The notes below the pieces were generated by a model, which saw nothing but the letters and a program-made list of their open reading frames with translations, made no database searches and was not told where the DNA came from. Below are positions 35,892-49,303 of a stretch of 52,519 bases of DNA, one piece after another. Position 1 is the stretch's first letter. Each line of letters starts with the position of its first letter. Source of the DNA: Perkinsus chesapeaki ATCC PRA-425. Taxonomy: Eukaryota; Protista; Perkinsozoa. The DNA lies in assembly GCA_013115145.1 (NCBI GenBank), contig JAAPAO010000208.1:1-52519 (forward strand), read 5' to 3'. The position numbers were made by a program, and so were the translations under genes.

Positions 35892-38874
35892 TCATCCTCT
35901 ATTCATCTGTTGTTGTTGTTGTTGCTGCTGTTGAAGTCTCATTTGCTGAAGCTGATGTTGCTTCTGCGTAACCATCTGTATCATCTGTGTAACCCAGTCT
36001 GATGGAGCCACCATCATGTCCAAGAAGGGTGTGCTCGCTCTTGGATTGGGGGACTCAGTTGGTGAAGGGAAGAGTTCGCTCAAAGGATGGAAAGCAAAGC
36101 TCGGACTCTTGCCGATGCGCAGAGGCAAGTCGGGCTTCAAGTAACCCTCTGAAAAGGAGGACAATTTACCAAATACAGACAAGGAGCCTTCGTCCTTACG
36201 TTCGAACCATCGCCGCATAGCCTCTCTTGAAAAAGGTCCCTGAATATTCCCTGATAGATCTTTATAATACCAACCTTTCTCCGGGGCCGGTGCGAGTTTG
36301 GGTCGTGTCGACGGTGGGGGTGGTGGCGGAGGAGGAGGAGGAAGAGGGGTCGACGGTGGAGTAACAACCATTGGTGCTGGGGGCGGCACTGGTGGTGCAG
36401 CGGCGGCCACCGGCTGGTGCTGCTGTTGTGACGATGCTGGCGAGGATCGTCTCGTGTCACGATCTGACGAGGCCTCGCTGCTCTTCGCCTCCGGAGAGGA
36501 ATCACGGCGGCCTGCATCCCCCTTTCCGCTATGCGGTTTGTCTGAGATAAGCTATCCAAAAGAGTATGCAGAAAATGGCATACTTTTCTTCACGGGTCTA
36601 TCACCATAGGCAGCACGCTGCTCTGGTGGAAGATCTTCCAAATCAACTTCACCCCTCAAAAGTGCGCTGAACAGTCCTCGACGTCGCTCTTCCTCAGAGG
36701 TAGTCTAAACACCCGCACGATCGCCGCAAGCAGCATCAAACCAAATATTCTTACCCCATTCGCGCCGCCTTCATGAACGCCGCTGGTCTCGCTAGTCTCA
36801 CCAGAATCTGGCTGTGGTGACCTATTGCAGGAATTATCACTTGCTACCGTATAACAGAGATTCGCCCTACTTTCCCGGTGCGCGATATGCCTTAGCGGCA
36901 ACGGGGGCAGGAGGACCATCCAAAGCTGATGCAAGTGCTCGAGGTGAGCTGGGTACGTCCTAAAGGAACAGTTGTACAGCAGCAGCAGCAGTAAGGGTAG
37001 AGGGTTGTTACATGATAAGCATTGGAGGGCTTCCAAGATGCAGAATAGAGCTCGTTGAACTCATGGCGACAGATCAATCGCCCTAAGGAAGGCTAGCAGT
37101 GAGGCTAACTCTCAACTGATGATGACTGATTACCATTATAGGAGTATATATCGATTTTATTGTCAACACGCATACGTGGCCAAGTAGTTGCGGTAGAGAA
37201 GTGTCGACCATCTGGAGCCCAAACGCTTATGACAGGGCACTGCAGAAGGGTAGACATGTGAGGTGGTCCAGCAGCACCACCATTAGGTTACCTCCGCTCG
37301 AAGGCTTCCCACAACCTTATACTCAGCCATATCCCAGAAGTCCATCTCGCCAGCCATGTTACCAAACCCACCAACAACAGCATAACGACCAAACCGATTC
37401 CAACAAACCTATATGAGTGTTCGCTCTCACCCTTATCATTCGGCAGCAGCTCCACGTTACCGTATTCCTTTTAGCCTTGCCCATATTGTGGACAGTTTTG
37501 AGCGTGCGCAAGCCTGCTGGGGTCTCCTCAGGCTCGGACAGATCGCTCTCGCTCTGCTTCAGGCTCTTGGTGCTGAGTAAGGCAGTTCCCGGCGGAATAG
37601 GGCCAGATATGAGAATGAACTGCTCCTCTGGATCCTCTGGTTCTGAAGTGCAACCATCAATCTTCAATCCAGCCGCGTATCCTCCTACCGGTTTTGTCCC
37701 TCCTGGCATTGCCGGGGCACCAGTCCAGATCGTGCACAGGAGAATTACAGGCGACCCTCGAAACCACATTGGAAACCAAATCGAAAAGGTAAAGCATATT
37801 GGTGCCATAATAACTAGCAATCATTCGCTAACTCTAAACAGTTAAGTGATCCTTATTACGTGCTCTTGCCGGACTCATCCACATCAAGACTAAGAAGTCC
37901 CAACAGTTTGGTGCCAGATGCGTTCCAATATAAAGTCATGTCGTCGCCCTCTGGGAAGCTGTAGGACAAAACAAAGTTTTTAGGGTCGCTCAATTTAGAA
38001 ATGTGCACCTGAGCGAAAGGCAGTGTCCCATACGCTCAAGCTCCTCAACAGCAGCTTACAGCAGGGTTCCTCTCCGAGCCTCGTGAGACAACACAGGCTA
38101 CTTTCGGCTCACTCTCCACCTCTGAGAAGATGGAAAGCTTGATACGAAAGTTCACACGAGCATCAGCGGCGCACCTGGCCCTGAGGGGGAGAGCTCTATC
38201 TGCTGAATCCCCGGAATAGTCTGTTCGTTCGTTGATGCCTTCCTTGAATTCAGGACTTGTACCTTCCCATAACACTGCCCTGCCGAAGTGAGACGGGTAC
38301 GATTCCCTACAACATCCGCATCAGGCAGTATTCTGACACAGTAGGCTTCATCATCGGTCCACTTCATCGCCGGCCATAGGTGTTTGCTCATCCTCTTCAT
38401 TCGGCTCTCGACAGCCTTGCATCTCCCTGGAACGCTCCACAGGCCTAGATTTGGTAAATCGCGTTTGGCATCGTAACGTTCGAAGGTAACCTAAAGTAGA
38501 TCGTCGAGTCTGGCCTGCTGATATCCCTCGCCCGCATCACCATGTAGTTCGACAGAGGAGAGAAGTAAAAATTCTTGAAGCCCTTTGAGTTTGGCTGCGC
38601 CTCCATGACAATCTCCTTGTAGTCTTTGGTTACGTCATATACGGTGATACCGTTATTGTTATTCATACAAGCACAAAGCGTGCCTAAAAACACCGCTCAT
38701 GGGAATCGAACCCGGCTCGACAACAACCGCCGCTTTACCGTCTGCGTTCCAGTGAAATCCTTCAGCGTTGGTGACATGCGAGCCCTCCAATGTTATAAGC
38801 TTCTTCAACGACTTGCTGGCATAGTCGAACCGGTATATCTCAACACCGCTCTTGCAGACCGCGGCAATATCCAT
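35892..38874 (-). CDS. EIF2A: Translation initiation factor eIF2A fused to polyPro-GYF-polyQ C-terminus
   Basis: WPAMKWTDDE, YWNASGTKLL..DVDESGKSYYG, RNTVTWS, GGFGNMAGEMDFWD and WAPDGRHFSTATTWPRMRVDN (eIF2A), then in frame WYYKDLSGNIQGPFSREAMRRWFEQGYLKPDL (GYF). Confidence 0.88.
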
Positions 38875-39089
38875 TTGGTATATAAAAGAGAGAAAATTTA
38901 CAGGGACTGTTGAAATAGAAGACCAACGAAGACAGCAGCTTTAACACAACAACACTGGCGGCAACAAGGCAACGAGGCAAGGAGGCATCATCATTGAGGC
39001 ATGCTGCGAGACAATGCAATGGCCAGTTGAATAGTTCAAACGCATCCGAGACAGGATACACGACATGCTCCTCCACCACGGAATACCCT

Positions 39090-41580
39090 TCACTCCTCAT
39101 CTTCCCTGTTAGTGTGCATGCTGATGGGCAACTCTGTGTCGTCTGCCGCCACGTTGGCTGTATTCTCCTACCGTAGGCACTCTTGCCTCTGTAGTGGGCA
39201 GGTGGAGGAGGAGCAGGAGGCCTTACCTGTATAGAGGCAGGCCCTGCCCAGCTCTGCCTTCTATCCCGTCTATGTCCACCAATCCTATCCATGGTCTAAA
39301 TAAACCTCCTAAGCCCTAACAAGAGCCCCTACTGCATACCTGTCGGATCGCCGTGGCCTCAGTTGTCCAGCGTCGAGTACCACTTCGAGGACATGGAGCT
39401 CCTGGGCGATGGACCCCACAGAAGTCGCTGTCTGCCTCCTGAACAGAGAGATTAAAAGCTGCCATTGAGGAGCTTTGGTGCACCTTTGGGAAGGGGCAGT
39501 AGCCTTGCTTTCTGAGCACCCAGCATGCGCAACCGTCTGGATCTTTCTTGCCTGCCCCACTGAGATAGAATATCTTCCAATCAGACATTTGGCGCATTCT
39601 CCGGCTTACCGATGTATCGAGCAGTAGCGCGATCTCTCCTTCCTAGGGAAGCTACATCGGATACCATGAAGCTGATTAATAAAGTGGCAGGGCCTTCCCA
39701 CTACGGAAGAAGGAGAAGGAGGACGAGGAGGGCTGCTGCTGCTGCCTAACACAAACGACCTGTCCCTCTACCCCAGCTCCGACCCAATGACCTCGGGCAG
39801 CCTCTGCCGGCTGCCTGGGGTCCTCAGCAGATGGTGTCTCGTGAGCCTGAGATGATACGGTAGGGAGCCCCACGGGAGGCTCTACTTGCTCAGCTGCCTT
39901 GCGAGCATCTTCTTCCTCCATCTCCCGTATTTTCCTCACAAACTCCGACTCTGGTCGCCGGCGGAATATATCCTCTCGAAGCTCCCTACTGCCGCAGTGC
40001 TGCGACCCAAAAACAACGTCACCATTTAGCGGAGCGAAGCAGATACCCTCAACGACGGCCTTGCTGGCCTTTGGTCAGCAGCCTGGCTGGTAGAAACTGG
40101 TTGCATCCTAACTGAGACATCGTCGAGTATCTGCCGGGCAGCCCTTTGCCGTAGAACAGGCCCAACTCAGCACTTTCGAAAGGCGCTGGTCGCCCCAGGC
40201 CTCCAGGGCATCACGATCCTCAGCACGGTCCATTCTAGGAAACCTCCCCTCACCCGCCGCATCCTCGGACATGAAAAACCTATCAACAGCTCTCTACGAG
40301 CCCATCAGGCCAGTAGCTCACTTGGCCAATGCACAAACAGCATACGTAGGGAGGTTGATGAAAGCCGCGGCGCCAACACCATCAGCAAGACCTCGCTCTA
40401 GAGCATTGTCTGGCGGCATAACTTCACCCTCCTCAAATGTGTGCCACTCATCCAGGTCCTCGCATATCCCGACCTAACAACCAAGCTCGAGGCGGGTGAC
40501 TACTGGCGACGACCTGCTCCATGGCCGACAGAATCTCTCGGGCCGCATGGCTGGCCGTGCCACTGACGCCGAGGACCGCTCTTAGAGTAGCTACCGTGAG
40601 TGATGGCATTGACAGTTTAGAGCGCTACTGTAGTGGTGAGTTTGCCATATGAGGACGGCCAGATTGCGGCGCTTCTTCAGGGTCCCCATTACACCGCTGT
40701 GAGCGAGCTCGCCTTCTATTACAGGATCAACGAAGATGTGCTGTGGACCTGACAGCTAGATCATACCGCTCCCTTCACTATCTTACCCAAAAGCTTTAAC
40801 TCCCTGCTTGCCAGGTGGAAAAATACCTCACAGAGGAACGCCAAGTAGCTGACCAAAATCAAGGAGACTACCTCGCACGCCGATCCCCACGCCACAACAC
40901 TCAACGACTTCGGCTTGATTTTGCACTCAGCGAGCACCTTAAGGAAGACCTCCGCCTGCTGCCCATAGCTTAGCTCTGACATACATTATCAACAACAAGA
41001 GCCCATAAGGACTGCTACCATCGAGAGGATCCCCTTCTCTCGTGGAGGCCCAGTCTATCTCAATACCGAGGGCATCGAGGCCAGCTAGGTCATGCAGGGC
41101 GGATGCTACCTTCCACCATGCAACCTACACTAACACTTTAAGCCACTCCCTCATTACCATCTGACCCAGCTCCGCTGAGGGTCCTTCCCTTGCTCAGTTG
41201 GCCCAGCCACGAGGAGCACCTAGCCAAGCTTGTTGTTTGGTAGGGCCTAGTACGGTACTGTGGGCCTAGGCTTTCCATCCCCCCTATCCAGAAGCCTGAC
41301 CATGGCATTAGCTCTCACACCATCTGAAATCTCAACTTCTACTGTACTACTCCAGCAACGGTTAAAATGCCTAAGTAGGGGAGAGCATAATGACCGTCGT
41401 CGTACCAGTGCCAGACACTTACCTGATCTCTCGAGTGGTGAGCCTCATCTTACCAAATGTCCTCACCAATCCACCCGCAACATCGCGGCATTCCCTTCGC
41501 TCGTTGACCAGCATGCCGCTACTTGTCTCTACTTCATACTGAGTAGAGGGGCGTCGAATGCGGAGGGATCTACTTGCCAT
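39090..41580 (-). CDS. Uncharacterised protein with C-terminal TRM13-type CCCH zinc finger-like motif
   Basis: Spliced CACWVLRKQGYCPFPK/EADSDFCGVH near 39520-39410; upstream exons have alpha/beta character (LSVVAWGSACEVV). It could be more than one gene. Confidence 0.5.
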
Positions 41581-41681
41581 ATCATCAACTGAGGAGGGGG
41601 GCGATGACCATTGATAAGACTTCAACCACAAGGCTTAAAAGTGGTAATGTAACAATCTGCTGCTTCAAAGCTGGTATGTAA

Positions 41682-42477
41682 CTACTTGGCAGCCTTCTGC
41701 TTAGCTGCAGCTGCCTCCTTCCTCTTTTTCTCCAGTATAGCTGCCTTCTCAGCGGCCTTTTGCTTCTCTATCTCCTCTATCTCAATCCAGTCTTGTTTAT
41801 CCTGTTCAAGCCACTAGCTTATCGGCAATGACATACTTTCACCTACCTCAGCTTCGATGTCCCGACCGTCCTTAAGATACTCCTCAACATACCCTACAAC
41901 AGGGTACCTGTATGAGTGCACTGCGGGGAGGAGGGACCCTCCCGAAGCTCACTTATCGTGGAAATGCTTAACCCATGTTAGCAGGGCCTTTCTGTACAAT
42001 GGGTTCTCCTTCTGGACTTGATCCCAATCTTTACGGTTGGCATCCTCCGCCTTCAGAGATAGCAGGCACATTGAGACCGTGCAATCCTGATAGAAAAACC
42101 GTAAAATCGCCGTCGCTCCTCTATAAGGGGTACCTTGCCAGCCCATATCTTAGCATAGTGTTCTCCAGGAACACCAAGCATAGGGCTTTCGGTAACATCA
42201 TACACCTTACCCTTTAAACCCATATACATCTTTTTATCGGCATTGTTACGGCCATCAAACCGCTGTAAGGATGCTATCGAATAAATCATACGACCCTGGT
42301 CATCCTTATATGGCTCAGGAATAGGTGCTGGACTACGATCTCGAGTAAGATACCTACGAGCTCAGATTGACGACCTCCCTGGAAGATCCCTATCTGTGTT
42401 TACCACATAAGTGCTGCACCAAAGATGCATATTGCAGCTATCCAAATAGAAAGATAAGGGCTATCGTAGTAAACCAT
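41682..42477 (-). CDS. Cytochrome b5-like haem/steroid-binding protein (MAPR/PGRMC family) with N-terminal membrane anchor
   Basis: MVYYDSPYLSIWIAAICIFGAALMW, LQRFDG, GLKGKVYDVT, HYAKIWAGKDCT and WVKHFHDKYPVVG. Confidence 0.88.
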
Positions 42478-42822
42478 TGAAGGAACTCAAAGGAGTAGGA
42501 ACACACTAGAAAGATGGAAGGGACACCAACAATCTTGCAAAGCTTGCAAATCTTGAGTTTCCTCAACGCTTTATCCCTCTTCAAACAGGCTGTCGCTTCG
42601 GCTCATAGGGAACCGTTGCGTTAATTGTTATACTGATACAAGTTAGGCCCTATCTGGTACTATCGCATACCTAACAAAGAGACTTATTTATTCAAACTGA
42701 GCTTTAAGAGGTATTCAAGTTGTATCGAGAGGAGCTAGCGTCCTCGAATCAACCTCCTACGTATCTTACGCCACGCTCTTTATTGTCAGCTGCTGCCGTT
42801 TGGGCGCCTCCTTATCCTAGTC

Positions 42823-45800
42823 ATGTCCGGAAGCCATCTATCTAAAGATTTTTTCGAGCTCATAAAAGCTATAGGCGAGAGCAAGTAGTATCTTTCGGGG
42901 GTAGCTTGATGCGAACTTGATGCTGATTAGGTCGAAACAGGAGGAGGATAAGATCATCCAAGGGGAAGTGCAGGTCCTGAAACAAAAGTTAATGGAGCCT
43001 AATATCCCGTCTAAGAAAATGAAAGAGTAATAATACTGTGTACCGCAATACTAATCGATCGCGGTCCCTGGCATGCAGTGCTCTCGATGCCCTCCTGTAG
43101 GACAGCCTCCTGTAGTTGGGTCTCGGTTGATGATACTATTCTGAGTAGCTTTGGTCTGTAGAGTTTTCGATACCAATCTTAGCTGCTTACATTTCCTCTT
43201 CGGCAAGTATCTTAAGTAACTTAAGCACGTCAGTGTCATCATACCGCTCTCTCTGCAAAAGAAGGTATACTATTATACGAGCAGGTACATGATAAGAGCT
43301 GTGTACTGTGAGATGCTTGGTCATGATGCCTCCTTTGCCTATATACATGCTGTTAAGTTAGCACAGGATAAGGTACTTATACCCTCTAGTAGTCCCATAC
43401 CTGTTGTCTACGTAGAACGTCTACTGCAAGAAGGTTGGGTATATGGCATGCTCTCTGTTCCTTAATGGTGATGATGAGCTTATGTTACTATTGATAAATA
43501 CAATGCAAAGGGATCTTCAGAGTAGGACTCTCTTTGTCTCTTTCGGTGGTCACCGTTCCCTCTCCTCGTAGGTTCTAATTTCCTTGAGACCTGTGCAGCG
43601 TTGTCGGCTATCAGCCAACTGGTTAATGCGGAGATGATCCCAGCGATATTGCCGCTGGTAACCAAGCTGCTTACCCACCCACAAGATGCTGTCCGGAAGA
43701 AGGCTATAATATGTACGCTCATACCGCTCCCTTGTAGAATCTTACCCCTTTTTGTTCAAGCAAGTCCTAATCCTTTGTCACTTTCGATCCTATCAGGTAT
43801 CCAACACTTCTATCGATTATCTCCGGACTCGGTAGCTGATGACGTTCAACAATATGTCCGTAGGGGCCTATGCGATCCCGATCCGGCTGTGATGGGCGCA
43901 AGTCTGAACCTGCTCCGTGATATGATAAGAGATGACCCGGAAGCATGCAAGGACCTGGTACTGTCCACGTTGTTATTGTCCTCCCTCTATTGCCTTGGCC
44001 TAGGTGCCTTCATTGGTTAACATTCTCAAGCAGATCATAGAGCACAGATTGCCTCGAGACTTTGACTATCATCGCATGCCGGCCCCATGGCTGCAAGTCA
44101 ACCTAGTTAACTTACTAGGAATGTTAGGAGAGGGAGATCAAGGTGTGGCACAGGTTCAAATCCTGGCACTGTCATTTTTGGTTAGATGTCAGCGCCCAAG
44201 TGTACGACATCGTACAGGAGACCATGAGGAGGGCCGATACTGGTGTCAATGCTGGCTATAGTGTGGTCTACGAATGCGTGAAATGTGCTGCTAAATTGTA
44301 CCCAAGCCACACCCTGCTCGAACAGAGCGCGGCGTCTATCTCGAAGTTTTTGCAGAGCGACAGTCACAATCTCAAGTATTTGGGAGTCACTGGACTGGCC
44401 ATGATTGTAGGGGCGATTGGTGATTCGTTTTGATGAATGTTGTAACTGTTAGATTACAGTAAACCCAGACTACGCTAGGGAGCATCAGTTGAAGGTTGTT
44501 GAATGCCTGGAGGACCCCGATGAAACTCTTAAAAGACGTAGTGGCAGCTTTACTGCGAATCCACCTAGGTGATCTGGTGTTTTTAGGTACGTTGGATCTG
44601 CTATATCGAATGACTAATCCAGCCAATGTTATTGTGGTATGCGCTAAGATGCTGCAGAATCTTAGGTCTTCTCATGACGTTCATCTGCGCAGAGATTTGG
44701 TATGTATTTTACGGTTTTTCAATCAGATTGTCTGCCTAGGTACGCAAAGTGGGTTCCCTAGCCGACAGGTATTCGCCCTCGAATCAATGGTATGCCGAAA
44801 CCATGAACCAAGTCTTCACTCTGGCACCGTCGCTCGTGCCGCCCTCAATGCCCAACTCCCTCATGAGATTGGTTGCTGAAAGTGGAGAGGATGACCCCGA
44901 GTTTCGGGTGTAGGATTCTACACTTTGCTGCTGCCGACTAGTCTATTCTGTGTCAGATGGGCCGTTAATACCTATGTCAAAATGCTGGCCAGCAGCGGTG
45001 ACAGCCTCCCCGATGTCCTAGTCCGCGTTGCTGCCTGGGTAGTGCCGCCGTTGCTATCAGTATTTCCTATTGTCTCTGATAGGTGGTCGGCGAATACGGC
45101 TGCATGTGCACTTTACCGGGTTACACCACAGATGACATAGTTGATCTGCTAGCCCAGGCAGTGGAACGTCCGGCGTTTACCGAGGTTAGTGACAGCAATT
45201 GTCTGCGTCATCAGGGGGCTTTATCGCTTCATTCTGGCAGGCTCGAGTGACACGTGGCTATATCTTTTCGTCGATGATGAAACTGTTAAGTCAGGAGCAA
45301 CAGCAGATCGGAGGCATGCCGTCGGTTGGAACTGTGAGCTGGTTTGGGCTGTGGTGTAGGGTTGACAACTTCCCTCAATAGGTTAGACGTATATTGAAGA
45401 AGTACAGCACAGATCCTGATCTCTACCAGAGGAGTTTGGAGTAACGTCATCAATACATTCATACCAAACTTCGCTCTAATCACGGCTGCTGATAGGTACC
45501 TGAAAATCCTTGATGGTCCTTCACCTGACCTGCTGCCTGCCGCCTTCCCCTACGACGAGACCAACTATGATAGCTCCGACTCCCTCATTGATGCATCCCT
45601 CTCGTTTTTAGACCACATGGTGGACAGGGCTATCGCCGAGGGCAAGAAAGAGTGAGCTTTGCTCGCCCCGTAGAGTGATGCTAATAATTGCTCTTCTAGA
45701 TACGGTCGTCCAGCAGTCGATCATGCAACGGCGGCATCAGTGTCATATGAGGAACGGCACCGCGCTTTATCCGGTCTTAACTTCACCCCCTACAGTGCTC

Positions 45801-47453
45801 CTACAAAGCCATCATACTCGGCAGCAGCCACTCAGCAGCAGCAGCAACCCAGCTCAAGCTCCACCGCCGCCGCGCCGCCGTATGCCCCCCAACAGCAACC
45901 TTCGGCTGAGTCTTGGCGAACTAATAATGTGCGAGTCCTCATCGTTACGCTGTCTTTACATCCCGGACTCCTTAGGCCACTTCTAGTAGCAGTCAACCGC
46001 AGACCACTGCAGCTGTGGGTCAGCCTTCACCTCCAGCGGGGGGACTTAGAGTTAACGCCCCTAAGAAATGGGGACCAAGTGGCTTCAACGCCCGAAAACC
46101 TTCGGTGACAGCGTCGCCGTCGTCGGAGGTCTCGGCGCCAGCAGCAGCTCCTTCGCCTAGGCCAACCGCTGCTCCAGCTAGCTGTAACTACCTAGCCCTC
46201 GCTCCATATCTTTCCTCACGATCGTTTTATCAGCCCCCGAGCCCTGTCACCCGAGGTCGTCGGCGCCACCCCCTGCGTATGTGAATACGGAGGATCAGCG
46301 TCGTAGAGCTGCACAGGAGAAGATGGCAGGAGCACTGTTCGCTGGAATTGGGAGTAGCAGCGGTGCGGGACCTGCTGCATCTAGGCCGGGGACAGGCTCA
46401 TCCATTGGATCGAAGTCAATGTAGAAGAGGGTTGTTCATTTCCTCGTCGCACGACACAACTGTTTCCAGGGTCAGTCAGTCTGGCTACTCGCGGCCGAAG
46501 GCAACCGGCGGCGGCACAGCTCATGCCACCCGAAGCTCCCAGCCACCTGCGCCTAAACCAACCGAGGCGGTAGATCTGTTGGATCTATTCGGCTCACCTA
46601 CATCCGACGCTCCGATAGTAGGGACATCTCACCCACCACCACCTCCAGCTGTTGCTGCTGCTGAAGGTAATGATGACGCCACTTTGCTTAATGGGTATCA
46701 TACAACAAGGGGGTAACTGTCGGATGATGAGTATGATGGCCGCGTTTATTTCAGCTACTGCGGTGCCAACATCATCATCGCTGGATATTCTGTCATCCAG
46801 TGAAGATGATATGTTGGGCGGTATGGCCAGTCCTACTATCCCACAACCACCCTCGACCGCACCAGCTGCACCTGCTGTTGCTGGTGGCCCCACCGTAGGC
46901 GAGGTAACAGCCGTAACAATTATTACCTGATTAAGGTGTGCTATTCAGCTCGATCTCTTCGCACCTTCTCCGGTGTCTGACGCTGCCGCCGCCGCCGGGG
47001 CAGCACCACTCCCCCAGCAACAAGAAAGTGCTGCGGAGATTAGGCTAACGCCTTTGACCATCACCACTGAGCAGCTTGGTGGGGAGTGGCAAAGGCTTCA
47101 GGACTCCTGCGAGATACAGCTCTCTTTTGCTCACGTGAGTCAGCCGTCTGTTCCATCCTTGGGAATGTGTAAATCGCTGAAGGTTCCTGACGTCTCAAGC
47201 AAGCTCACCAACGTAGTCGGATTCCATCTGGTAGATGTCATCGGTGACGAGCGTATCTTTGCCGCCACTACTCCTACGGGGGAGATGGTCTTCGTTCACT
47301 GTAATAACACAATAACTGTCCCCCTTCCATGTGCCTTTAGGCCGCGAAACCGCTCTTCAAGCAGACGTCATCATAGTAGCATCTTCCTCTGCTGCCGGCT
47401 CCCTCACCCAAGAGCTCATCGAGCGTGCCATAGCCAGCGCCGCCGCTGCATAG
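42823..47453 (+). CDS. AP4E1: AP-4 complex subunit epsilon
   Basis: MSGSHLSKDFFELIKAIGESKSKQEEDKII, EMLGHDASFAYIHA, HRLPRDFDYHRMPAPWLQ and C-terminal appendage platform ITTEQLGGEW...FHLVDVIGDE. Confidence 0.93.
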
Positions 47454-47598
47454 TTGCAGATACTGTTCCGTTGTTCCTGTGATTTCTATACCACTTGTCG
47501 TAAAGGTTTCCTAGCAATACAGTGTTGGATTGTGTGACGGCAATATCAAACGAGTTCCTTGTAGGCTTGTTATTTGTTTCGACCCCATCCCTTCTGCG

Positions 47599-48705
47599 AT
47601 GTTGGGATCTCCTGATGGTCGTGGCTTCTCTTCTTTTTCATCATCCCCTTTGTCTGTCCGACGTCCGTCCACCGCTCCCTATGATACTCTTTCCACAAAG
47701 TCATCTGAGTCCATTTTCACTACCACTGCCAGCAGCACCACTACTGCATTCCCGACTCTACGCGAAGAGGGTAATGCTGGTGCCACTGCAGTGCTCGGTC
47801 CGGACATCAGAAGTGACCCGGATATACGGAGGCTCGCCTCGTCGCTGACCAAGCTGCCACTTGGAGAGAACGGCAGGATGCGCGTGCGCCGAATGATTGG
47901 CCAGGTAGGACTTGAATGGTGGTCGTAGTAGGTCGGCAGAGGTAGCGGTGGTCGCCTGTTTCAGGAGATTCGAAGACACCCGGATCTGCGACCGGTGGTA
48001 CGATCGATTGGGAAGCTTAAAAGTGCGAGCAACGCGGCACTTATAGAGATGTGTATCGTTACTAGTACCTTGGATGAAGCTCAGCGAATATCTCGAGAAT
48101 ATCTGGCAAGCAAAGCCGGCAAACCAAACAGACGATCGGTCGGGGCCGGCTCCTCCTCTTCATCGGCTGTTGCATTCACCTCACCCTATACAAGGACGTC
48201 TGAAGCTGAAACGTGTGGGCTGAGTCTGATTGAACGCTTGTTTGCTGATACACTATCGAATGGGGTCTGCAGCAAGGCGGAGGATGAGGAGGCTGTTGGC
48301 GGCTCCTCCTCGTATGGCAATTTGTCTACTGTGGACAAGGACATTACAGATTCTGGTTCATGGTCCAGTAGTGCTGCTGTTGCTGCAGGCTTAGCTGCAA
48401 GTGACTTGACTGATACGATAGTGCTGCCTGAAGACTTTCTTTATGATGACGAGCAACAAGAGCTAGGCTCATCGAATCCACCCTCGTACATCCCACTCGT
48501 TACTGTTGGCTCCTCTGTAACCGATTTCCCGCTAGATGATGTAGTGCCGCCAAGAGGGCAACGTGAAGAAGGCAATGATGATCTGATCTTCAATAAGACA
48601 ATATCGAACAAAGATACCCCTAATAACTGCTTCTCAGAGGCGGATCAAACCCGATCCTCTACAGCAGCAGCAGCGGCGGGGTCTTTGCCATTCTTCCGTT
48701 GTTAA
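47599..48705 (+). CDS. Hypothetical Ser-rich protein with a small basic helical domain
   Basis: One-intron model joins KLPLGENGRMRVRRMIGQ to VGRGSGGRLFQEIRRHPDLRPVVRSIGKLKSASNAALIEMC, continuing into the 236-aa ORF that ends at 48705. Confidence 0.65.
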
Positions 48706-49303
48706 ACATGGTGTGTATAGATTGGCTGAAATCAGCTTGTTTGCGCTCATTATTTGGAGCTCATTTTCGATGTTATCTTTTGTCGACGTCATCATCGCGC
48801 TTGAATCGAGAGTCACTGTCGGCGGCGGCGATGCTTTTCTACTAAATACTTATTGCTCGTCTTGCCGCCGCTGCCTGGCTTCTCTCGGACATTAGTTTCC
48901 GCCGCTGCTTCGGGCGATGCCGTGAGCCTGTTGATACTATTCCTATTCATTGCATTTATAGCAAGCCAGTTGTTATTATTGCTTTACTGCCTCACAGAAG
49001 CTGAGCTAAACAATTGTACTACTGACGTCTTCTGTCGAGAAGAAGCAGCCGCAATAATAACAGTGTTGATGAAAGTATAAAGTTATATGAAAATTGCAGT
49101 ATAAAGTTGTTGTTGTTGTTTATGTAGCTAATAGTGTGTGACGATAGCCAAGTGGCTACTTCCTTGAGTGCATTCTGGCAACCACAATATTTCTGTATTT
49201 CTGTTGTTACCATCCTTTGTGTTGTTGTTCCCCCCTTCTACCCCCAAGGCGGTCGCCTGCTGTCCTAATTGATTGTACAAAGGACCCATGAGCGATAACC
49301 GCT

